Positions 11,401 through 22,794 of a stretch of 28,420 nt of DNA are shown piece by piece; within the stretch, counting starts at the first letter, position 1; each line of letters starts with the position of its first letter. Location of the stretch: positions 62,001-90,420 of the forward strand of contig KZ538697.1 of the NCBI GenBank assembly GCA_000934665.2, in the 5' to 3' direction. The notes under the pieces are model-generated. The model saw only the letters and a program-made list of their open reading frames with translations. It did not search any database and had not been told where the DNA came from. The DNA is from Catajapyx aquilonaris. Lineage: Eukaryota. Made by a program: the position numbers and the translations under genes.

Positions 11401-14400
11401 TCAAGTTCGTATCAACAACGAAACAGAAAGAAAAGAAAAGAAAAGTTCAATTCCGCACAGTCTCCAGGATTGCTCCCAACTTTTCCCGTTACCGTAAGCT
11501 ATTCTTCTGATAGCAGCACCACAAGTGCACGAGTCGGTTTCGAAAATATTTTCAGACCCTCTATACAGTACAGTTAATATTGTAATCGTCGCACCTGATG
11601 TCGCATTGCCTAAGAATAGTACCCACAAAAAAATGAAGGCATGGACAGGTGAGGTGGGATCAAGGTTTGCACCGAGGGAAATCAGTGCGACTGATTAGTT
11701 TGCAGGGTATATGAAGTTCGTGAGAGACGAATATTGACAGATGATTCCCCCCCCCCATACATATAACCTCCCCTCTTCAATAATTTTCCACCCACCTACC
11801 AGTGTACCCGCAAAGGCGTGTCTCGCATGAGGAAAAGGACTGTCGCCTTGACTCCAAGGGTTGAGCCTAACAAAAGCACCTTTTTTTTTTTGCACCACCT
11901 TTTGTTACCGTGTGTCAAATCGATGCTCACCTGCCCTCCAATGACGCTTCGAGTTTTATGTAACTGATAGAGCTGACGGTATTTTTAAAAAATACAACTG
12001 TTAATGGACACTGGGCAGCAGTCGAATGTATATTTCGAAAAGAAGTTTAAGAAACGCTTCTAGGTTGCTTTCTGTGTAAACGGGATTATCCGGGGGGTGA
12101 AAATTTCCGTGGGAGGAACAGGTGAGAGGCGACGAGTCAGGATCCGGTGTTTACACTTCTCCGGGGGCGAAGAGAGGGAAGATTACGGTGAATCACACCC
12201 CCTTTTTTCCGGGGGAGAAGTAGCAAAGAGAGAGAGAGAGAGGAAAAAAAAACTTCTGATGCCCAGAAGGCATATTTCTCAGAACTTGAAGAGTTAAGTT
12301 GGGAAATATATATTCATAAGTTTTTTTTTACCTTGATCCGTTCAAAATGTAAACGGGCCTTGGGCGGTCATATCGCGTCCAGATTCATTTACGTGGAGGG
12401 ACTATAAATCTGGAAATGTTTAAATGTGGATGTAACAATTTGATATATTGTTTTAGTTATGTAATAATGTGCGCTGTTGTACTGCTGTACATTGATCGAG
12501 TAGCCAGCCAATACCTATATGGATTCAAAATTAATTGGCTTCCTGCACCGTAAGCTATTTAATTGTGTGAGTCGGATAGGCCGTCATTATTGGAAATGTA
12601 TAAAGAGCGGATGGTTTTGCTTTTCTGAGGAATATTGAATGATGTCGTCGATATCGTATTTCCATAATATCTAATAAAATGGCGTTGATGGCAACCGTGG
12701 TTTTGTGAGCTGTAAAAGTAATGTTCAGACCAGTTTGAACTTTTTGCGAGTATACAGAGCTGCTAAAACTGCGGGTTCTCACGATTTGCTGACTTAAAAT
12801 GACCAACTGAAATGCGGTTTTGCGACCGCAGGCGACGCTAAAATCCGCCGCATGTGCTATTTGGTAACGCACAATCCTGCATGTCGGTTCCTTTTAAACA
12901 GAGTTTGAGGAAACACCTCATTTGTTAGGAATTATCTGGCTGCCATGGGCTTATGTGAATTTATTGGGCTAATCCTGCATCCTATTGAGTATTGGAAGGG
13001 GGTTAGAATTGTCAATATATACAGTGCTTGATACGGCTTACTGGTCGCATTATGGGGACAGTCACCGGGTTGATTATTGGAATTAGTTACGCAAATTATT
13101 TCTGACATAATTCACTCACAGTTTTAAATATTTTGTGTAGTGATTGGCTCTATGAGAGCAATGTCTATTACTTGCTCTTCATCTCATTTCGGCTGATACT
13201 ATACTGCGAGAAACCGCAGCATAAAGGGAATTCACTGCATTTATCTGACAGAATTCTTGACGAGACCTTCCAACCGCTTCACAAGGGATTTCCTAATGAG
13301 GAATGTCAGGATCTTAAGAGCAATATTGTTGTCATGATATAGTAAGGCCGTGCCACGATTTTATATATCATCTTCGCAGCGATTTTTTTTTTCCAGTTCA
13401 TGGAAACGTCTTCGAATACTGGAAATTCAATGAATTAAGTTCACATCCGGCTTAGCCTGATTGCTATTTATGGCTTGAAGCTCAGAGATGTAAATTTTTG
13501 AAATTCGTAGAAAGAGCCTTGTACTGCCTTTCCTTTCCCCAAAAAATTTGCTCTAGATTCCAGTGCCTTGCACTTCTCCATGGTGCAGAAATGGTGCGTA
13601 ATCGGCTTTGTATTAGAAATTCTCTTTGCCCGTTTCCTCAGTCAGCTGCCATAAAATGGTCGTACTATTGTGCCAGAGTTCAATAGAACAACCTTCTCCT
13701 GTGCCCCAGATTAAGGTCTGTTGGAGGCTTATTCAACTGGAAATGCTTCTTGCACAAATCTGGTGTTTGTCCAAGGTTCCAACCAGAAGCCAGCCAGATT
13801 TCATATTCAGATTTGCGGTGCATAAAGGCCGAGTGACCCAAGGTACACTCTGGCCCATTTAAGAATATGCTGCACACTTCAGCCTTGAGAAATCGACATT
13901 TGAAAACAAAACGGTGCTGGTTCTTTGGGTTAAGTTTTTATCCCAAATATTATATTGGTTACTACCATTGTTGGTCACATGTATAAAATCTGCCAACAAT
14001 AATGGCTGCTTCTCACTGGTTTTTCGATAACACTTTCCAAGCATGGAAATCAATACTAATATTCCAAGAAATGCTCTCACCTATAGTACATAGTGCTATA
14101 TAGTTAATAACACGACGTGACCGTGAAATCCATTAGTTGTATCATATTGCTGAAGGCCTTCTTGCGTGAGAGATAGTACTATTGGACGTATTATCTCTCC
14201 AGTGAAAGGAGGCCATTAGGGTGTGTATTTTGTCGTAAACCTCTTAAGATTAGAAGGGTTCATAAGTGTACATCGGATCCTTTGTTTGTTAGACTTTGTA
14301 GAAGGGACAACTGTCTTACACTTTATGACGCAAAAAGTTAGCAACGTCATTTTTACAACGAAGATGATGTCTAAATGATAAGTATAGAACCCTGAAACAC

Positions 14401-15681
14401 ACACGAAGGTCGTGAGAAAATATTTTAATGGTATGGGGATGAGCCGAGATGTTGCTGAGAAATACATGGGCCAATATTTTGCTAACGGGACAGATTGAAT
14501 GTGGCGAGGAAATTTTTTAGTTTATTTACTTCATTAATTTATTCTTTGTAATGTCACGATTTGACAAGGTAATAATTTTACTGTCATTGACATTACCTCT
14601 TAGCATTTTATTGCATTAAAACGTCACTCTCTTATTTTTTACGTACAAATGTTTTTGGCACACTTCTCAGACCTCCACAATTTGGGAATAAAATTATCAA
14701 CTTTATTATATATAATTATTATTAATTATATATTATTAAATTATATAATTATACAGCACGCATGCAATAATTAGACTGTATATAAAATACTTACATTATA
14801 TTGGCGTCAAATCACCGGTTCACATATAGTTATTTTCTAAATTATGAAGACAGAATTGATGCAGCGACGGAAATTGGCATTAAATAATTAGCGTTCCTGA
14901 TGCATATAATTATCTTGTTCAAATAAGTATTTTTGTCAATTTTAATACATATACGTGACCCTCAAATGTCGGTATGGCTCTATGCACTAAATTATTATGG
15001 ATATCTGTTGCAAAATAACAGTTATAATGGCACAACTCTCTTAATGCGTGCAAGTATGAAAAGTGTAATTTTATACCCACATTGTGAAGGTGTGGCAAGT
15101 GCATTAAAAAATCCCTAATATAATAGTCTATATATTCCGGATTTTCATGCACATCCCAAAGTAAAAACTCCACCTACCTATATGCACAATGCCGCCGATA
15201 CGGTTTTCTTACGAAAAATGGTCGGATGGTCTTGGATTACAAAATGCGTCCTGCTCTATATACAACAGTTGACGTGAAGACGCGTAACACAAGACTCACT
15301 GTTTATATACAAAACTTCCATTCTTCATTCCTGCGTCTCTTTTGCTGACATGGATGACACGGAAGTTTCCTATAGGTAGACAGGGACCCCAGAAAAAAAA
15401 GGGCCGGATAAAATTTATATAGGTGGGTATCTCACAGGTGGAATGCTTGCTGCTCGTTGAGCGGGGCTTTCTCCTTTGTAGGTTTTGTGCCCTGTATATG
15501 GGAAGGGATCACGGGGCTTGGGATGCTGCTGCGTATAGGTGGGGGACTGGGGGACCTGTATATACAGCCTGGGCATAGAGGTAAACTGAACCCAACAAAG
15601 TGGGATTGGGGGAGAGTATGCAAGGGTTTCAAAGGTCCGGCACACTGCGGATCGGCTCAATTAGATACGGAGATGGCCCCG

Positions 15682-15695
15682 GTTGCCTGGGCTAC
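15682..15695. promoter_or_regulatory. X-box GTTGCC-TG-GGCTAC
   Basis: One mismatch from a perfect palindrome, 2-nt spacer, ~740 bp upstream of the first coding exon. Confidence 0.45.
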
Positions 15696-16438
15696 GGCGA
15701 CGCTGCAGAGATACACAAACAAAAGGCCTCCGGGTCTGCACACCTGTGCAAGGCCTGTTTGCCATGTCAATAGTGTATTGCTCATTCATTGATCTTTGAT
15801 CCCTCCCAAACTTTTTTTTATACTACCTCCCCTCAAAAAGCGCGCCAAAGCGGCTTAATTTACCGCGCGATCCCCGGCGATTCGGGAGACCTGTAAGCAG
15901 AATGCCCCCCGAATGAAAGTTTTGTCGAATGTCGCAGGTCAGGCTGGAGTTAAGCCCTAATTCGGAGAGGGAAGTGTATACAAAATGCGGATAATTGAGC
16001 ATCACTTGGGCTGAAGCTATACACAGCCAACCTGTCATCAGTCCGATCCCCGGATTATATAGCATAATTTACACAAACCGCATAACATATTTTGCAGTTT
16101 CAGATTTTCTCAAATTTTCCCATATTTGCCCCCCATCATTTTCCTAATACACTTTGCCAAATATTGGCAACAGGTTCACTACAGCAGATGAGTGCCAAAT
16201 AATCTCTTCGCACATGTCGGCGTCAATGCGCGCAGTAGCGCACTGAGCAGCAGGGGTAGGGGCGATGCACAAAAAACCGCAGTCTGGAAGCCGAATATCG
16301 ACGGCCCGTGTTATGCGTATGAATCTTGTTTACATACGCAGCAGTTTTTTTAGTGCTCAACAGAGCGGTGCAATGCAATATATGCTGTAATTGTGTGTGC
16401 TTTTTTTTTGTGTGTGTGCAGATTGCGGCCCCCTCGCC

Positions 16439-16976
16439 ATGACGACGGCGCCGCCGGCATTCATCCAGGTGGACATGCAGGGGCTTAGCTCGTGTGCGTC
16501 GTCGACGGCTGCGACGGTCACGGTGGTCACCACCTCCACGCAGTCAGGCGCCGGTAGAGAGGGCGCCGGGTCTGGTCCGGGCGGAGGCGGCGGCGGCGGC
16601 GACGGAGGAGGAAGCAGCGGAGGAAGCGACAATGGTGCGTCGTCCGTGGACGTCCACTCCGAGTCGGAAAGCCCTCCGATTAACCCCCAGCAGCAAGCGG
16701 CGGGCACCCCGTCCCCGCAGGTCACCGCCCAGGTGGTGGTCAGCAGCACCAATCCATCCGCCGCAGCCGCCGTGGTCCCTGCCCCTGGTCCAGGCTCGGG
16801 GCCGCCCCTGACCCCTACCACCCCGGGGCAGACCCCGGAGCACGTGGCGGCCGCGGCTGCTGCAGCGGCGCAGCAACAGGGTTCCTCGGCGGCGGCGGCG
16901 GCTGCTGCGGCTGCGGCCGTGGCTGCCGCAGCCTCCACCACCATCGTCAACTCGTCCCAGTACATCACCGTGCCTG
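16439..16976 (+). CDS. Rfx: Rfx first coding exon (MTTAPPAF...QYITVP; Gly/Ala/Ser-rich low complexity)
   Basis: Acceptor tgtgcag ends at 16421; GCC-ATG at 16439; GC-rich open frame; donor G|GTCAGT at 16977 (phase 1). QYITVP-VSE resembles the RFX1 QYIVVTVSE motif. The acceptor implies an upstream non-coding exon. Confidence 0.85.
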
Positions 16977-19900
16977 GTCAGTCTCATTACCCACCTCAAA
17001 AACTTATTGCCAATTACACCTCCACTCTCCCTCTCTCTCTCTCTGTACTAATAATAATAACCAGAAGCATGATCTGTATAACTAAACCAGCTTTGGTGGC
17101 ACAATTTGCGGTCTTTTTCGGGATTTAACTGTGGAGGACTTTTGGAGTGGGGAAGATGAGGAGATTTCGTACTGTTAAGTGGTCCCCCGACTTGTTCGCG
17201 AAACTTATTCACTTCCAAATCATAAGCGAGTGATAACCAGAAGCAGAAATCATAATCCGCACAAGCTCTTCTTACATTGCAACAATCCATATTCCGTCCC
17301 TATGTCATTATTGGTAAGTAAATGCCTCACTATAGACTGTTAGCTCAAGTTTCACACGCAGTTCAGTTGAACCCGTTGCTGCTAATTTTAGTGTAAAACA
17401 CCCATTTATTAGTCATGTGTGATTAACTGATGAAATTTCATTCACTTGACTTTACTGTTGTGAACTATTCTCATCATACCCGGATCAGTATGGGATAGTT
17501 TGGTAAATATGCAAAATTATGCGGCGCAATTTGCACATTCTCTATAGCAGCCCTCAACTTTTTTTCCCCCCTCTTGTTGGCCTTGTAATTAAGTAGAGCG
17601 GAACATTGATGCTTAAAAATATGTCGGAGTTGAATAGAACTTTGGATTGCTCAATTTGCATGAAATCTGGACCACTTTGAACTTAAGCTCCTCAGGTATA
17701 TATGCTAAGTTGCATTGTATTGTGAACCCGAGAGAAGGTTAGTAACGGTATATAAGGAATTGTTCCACGCATTCCCGTTTTCTATATATATATATATATA
17801 TATCTGTACGTTTTCACTCCAATAATATCGTAATGCTCTTTCTCTCTTTGCTGGCAATGCGAAATGAGACCTAGGAGGGAAAGTTTAATGAGCACTTTTT
17901 TCCCATTGTCCGGGAAGATCCGATTTGAAACCCCCTTGATGCTTCTTTTCATGCCTGCCTTTAGAGGGGAGCACCACTCGATCGTATACTTCCCTCACCC
18001 CAGTTAATCCCACCATAGGTAAGACGCAGTTTTACCTTTGATCTCTGGCACACACCGGTATACCAACAACACGATGAGGGAAATAAAAAGAGGAAAGAAA
18101 ATGACAAAAAAATATAACAACAACAAAAATATATATGTGTGACTCCCAAGTTTTGCAAAAATATGCACCATCGCTTTTGTTGATAAAATTTGCAGTTAAT
18201 ATCTCGAGTCTCTTGGGAAGCAACTAATTAGTAGATCAATTAACGTAGGTGCTCTCTGAAGTCGAAAATGGCACAATCTCACAAGAGTTTTGGAGGAGGA
18301 TTTGCGGGGGGAGCTTGATGGGAAGGCACATTTTGCACACTTACTAATTGCATTTTAGAGGCTTGACATGATGACGATTGTGGCTAATCCCCTGTATAGT
18401 GCATGTTTGAAAGATAATAATCTGAAGCAGTTGGCTAAAGTGGGGAAGGGGGGAAAACATATCTTCAAACAAAATAATTTTTAATAATAAATGAGGGGGG
18501 GAAATATATACCTAACCAGGGACTTCGTTCTTGCAGTGTCTGAAGCTGATGGAGTGGGCTGTGACACAGTTTCTTCAGCTGTCCATTCTACGTATGTGCA
18601 TTATGTAGAGGGTTCCACAGATCCCACTATATACACCGCTACTAACGGGCAGATGTAACTATCTCTACTAATTATCTACGGTTGTCTGTGTGTGCGCTTT
18701 TTTTTTAAAAAAAAAAAGCTTATGTGAAGTGTTGAGCTAGCACTTGGCCTTTTTGCATCGTTGCTGTTGCATGTGTGTTCCTACTAAACACTGGTTATTT
18801 TTTCATGTTGTTGTTGTAATTCCCCCGACTCCCAACCCCTTTTGTTGACTAATTTGAAAATGTTTCTGGCCAATTGGATGTTTTTGCAGGTTTCTCTCCC
18901 CCTTTCACGTGTACAGGCAGGTTCAAAATGCTCTGTTTTTTTGTGTGATTCATTCCCAGTTGTTTATTTAGCCGGTACTGTCAGCAAAACAGCGCAATTT
19001 GCAACGACAATTTGTGCAGTTTTGGTCTATGTATTGTGCAATAAACAATTATTCTGCAACCGTATTATAGCTGTAGTTTTGTGAGCTAATTTAGCTCTTT
19101 GGGCGGTTTGAAAGCAGCAGGTTACAGTCATGACCGCTTTTATGTTTTATAGGACTTGTAAAATTAAACATTTTTTTTTGTTTGCCTGGGGCTGCAGTTA
19201 GGCGTTTATTGGACGCTGTAATCCACTCAGCCAAGCTTCTGTATTATGAATAAAATTGCGGAAACTATCGGCCAGCAATACTTTGGGTTGCCCATCACGT
19301 TTCCCTCCATGATTGCTATTTCATAAAACGTGTAGACTGAGTTTGATTCATTTCAATGGTATTCACCCTTTCTCCAGCACTTGAAATAGGACCTACTGTT
19401 TCTGAGTAAAATATTTTCTCTCAACTGATGACTCAATTTGTGGCACATTTAATCAAATTTGTATAATATTTTATATAGGCATTGCAATGTCAGTTGAAAG
19501 GTATACTATTTCAATTAGAGATTGAAAACCCCCCATTGAAAATAATTCAGTACAAATCGAAGGCAAATTGCACCCAAGTTATGTACCTCCTGACCTCGTT
19601 ACAGAGATATATGAATTTGTTGACCATCATTCTCCATTTTTCCGCTTGCATTATAGAAAATCATGTCCTTTGGAGTGTAATCACGGAGGTCCAACAAAAT
19701 TAGGGCGAACACCCCAGTGGGTAATTGGATGTCCTTCCTGTACTGTACGTCCTCTGAGAATATAATCCGAGGCTCTCGCGACGTATATGCATGAATATTT
19801 TTCTTTCAATATTAAGTCTACCTTCACGCACCGTAATTTGACATAACCAGGCGTAATGGCGCAGGCGATTAATTAATCGAATAATCGACCCCTCTAATTG

Positions 19901-22763
19901 CGCCGTTATGTTTTCCCTATCAGAACTTGTTAATGTTCGGCTTTAAAGCTGTGGAGGGGGTGAAAATTCTCACATTTTTTTTTCGTGTTATTTGTTTTGC
20001 ACTGTAGTATTTTGGGGGNTACTACAACACAGGGAATTCGACTGCTGTGACCTATTCTCAGGTGAGTTTTGCAGCGTTGTTCCTTTCTCCGTTTTATTGG
20101 TGTTGAAACCTTTTTTTTTTAAAAAAAAAAACGTGTGACACTATTGTCGTACGTTATCAAAAGGAATATTGAACACGCTGCCTTTCCGGTTGGATGCTGA
20201 TAACATGAGGATCTGGGTTGCCAAAAAAAGCGACCAATACCTGTCAATATTACAGGATTTTAAAAAAAGAAGTTGTCTTCAAAAATGTATCTCACTATGT
20301 AGATGTCGTTTTAACTAGTGCGAGCACATACAGAATTATTTGTTGTTATCACGTAGGCCTATATACATGGATGCTGCATCGGTATCATTAACACGACATG
20401 CAGTGTGACACTTTGCCAGGGAATCACACATGCAAACAATTTACATAAATGAATTTGTTGTCATCAGTCCCACCACCCGTGAACGTCAATAAAATAATTT
20501 ATAAATTGGAGAATATTAACTGCCAACTCGGCTGGTCACATCATGACCGGTCGTACAGACATTTTGTCATTGTCCAGTTGTTGTCAACTGCTGGAAAATC
20601 CATTTCGTATAGTAATTTAAGGCTATTCAATGACATTTAAAAGGTGCCTATTATTCTCCAAGTGGTATTGTGCTGGAGTAATTTTTGTCTCTCGATCAGT
20701 GACATCGGCTGTTTTTGTAATCAACCATTCAGATGTAGTTGGCTGCAATTTCATATATAAATATGAGAAAATTTGCAATGCAGTTTTGCCAGAGAAGTAG
20801 AGGCGAACTCGACTTTTTTTTTTGCACATCCGGCGGGAATGCGGTTACCAAAAAAAAAACAAAGACAAATGCCAACAATATTGTTGTTGTCATGGGAACA
20901 GTGGTCGTTAGGAATCTCCCGAAAAATTGCGTCAACTTTTTGTCCCCCCTCCATTTCTCCCAAATTTTCTGGTTCCTATGACGAAGGTTGTGTTGGTTAT
21001 TACCTCCTCTCTTTAGGTGACGGGCAGCATATCGCAGGGTAGCGGCGCCATGGCCAACCAAAACCAGCTGCTCACGCAGGGAGGAGGAACGTACCTGATC
21101 CAACAAGGAGTCGAAGCCGAAGCTCACACGCTTATCAATGCGGCCAGGGCTTCACCTCAAGCCGTAAGTTGCATTTTTATATTTTAAAATTATTGCATCA
21201 ATTTATCCAACCATATACATATTACGGGGGGAAAAAATTGAAGCAAACTCTTTCATTATTTTTTTTAAAATGCTCTCGCGGTGTATCGTCGAACGCTCGA
21301 ACCACTCGAACGTATATCAACAATGTCCCTTACTGTCTCCAGCAGGATGGCGGAGTGACTTACATGGTGACCGGTAACTCCAACGCGTCGCTGGAAGGAG
21401 ACGGTCATCCCAGCCTGTCCCACGCCACCAGGGTATCTCCAGCCACGGTACGTTGTGAACTACTGTACAGTACAACATATTCCCAGTGTTTCAAACAGCC
21501 CGCGCTCTTCGGTACACTGCGCGCGCATTCCCCCGTGACGTCACCCCCCCNTTCACGACAAGTCGGACGCGCGACGTTCCAAAAGAAATCTCCTTTTGTC
21601 CTTTATATTTCCTTCCTCGTCGCGGTTGCCCCTGGAGATAATATGTGGAGCCAGGTCGGGCCATCATCTTCAGGAGCCATGCCCGTGGAGGGGCTGGAGC
21701 TGGTCGCGGCGGGGCCTTCAGCTGCTGACGACCCTCTGGGACATTTCACCCAGGAGGAGCTGGAGGCGATCATGCCCAATCTGGCCGAACTGGACGTGTC
21801 CCAGTTCGAGATAATGGACGACCAGATGGGACTGTCCTTCCTGGAAGGTTTCGAAGGGTTCCAGCAGGACGTCAAGCCGCCCACCCCTAGCCAAGTGCAG
21901 GAATCGGTATATACACATCACGTACATCTCCATCCATAGGCATATTCGACAGAACGATTTATGGCGCTTTTTTTTCTCTCTCTCTCGAGTGTGTTCAGCT
22001 GATGTCAGAGAACAATTGTGGGAATAACATTTTTGCTTGTTTATTTAGTTCGTAAGGCTTACTGTTGGCAGCATTTTGTTGTTTTCTAATTTTTACATGC
22101 AGCCGAAATAATGTTTGCCTGACTCCAGTGCAGTTACAGAATTTCGACGTACCGTTATCCTCAAAGTCTAGTGTTGGAGTCTCTCATGATCAATTTTTAA
22201 TGCTCTTCTAATGCTCAGCTGATGCTTTTTTTAGCAACAAAAAGCATCACAAGAGCATTAGAATAGCATTAAAAATTGATCATGAGAGACTCACCAGTGA
22301 TGCTCTTTTAATATTTTTGCGGTTTACTACGTAGGTAATTGGATTGTATTGTTGATTTTCAGTTGTGCCAACTCAAAAGTGCCAAGTGTACCAAATCATG
22401 TTTACTATCAACAGTCCGCTAGTTGGCACAACTGGAAACCAACAATACAATTCAATTACCTATGTATCCTGACTTTAGAGTTACCCTGTACTTTTGTTTG
22501 GAGCTGACAGATGACTGAGGAGATGACATGTAATCTCATGTGGAACAATGAATTCTTTTGTCAAAATAATTACTTTCTCGCTATACCATGAGTGCTAATA
22601 GGACACCGAATATTGGAAGTAGTCTACAACCCATTTGGCAAACACATTGAATACGCACATAATCACAACAGTGGATTAGACTGTAGCATTATGAACAGAT
22701 ATTTTGCATTACGAGACTTTAATCACAATGTGGTAGCCCCAGTAGGCCTATCATGAAGTATCA

Positions 22764-22794
<31 letters not shown>

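Noticed and set aside
3900..12130. Candidate 5'UTR exon donors (CAG|GT at about 3957, 8775, 11649, 12122)
   Set aside because: Cannot be distinguished from background or E-box CAGGTG motifs without transcript data.
13500..14080. Minus-strand fragments with faint piggyBac-transposase-like words (RAFLGILVL, FIHVTNN)
   Set aside because: Catalytic motifs could not be recovered in any frame; needs a translated HMM search and is not supportable by eye.
16357..16999. Antisense and alternative-frame ORFs (203, 151, 105 aa)
   Set aside because: Shadows of the GC-rich, low-complexity Rfx exon.
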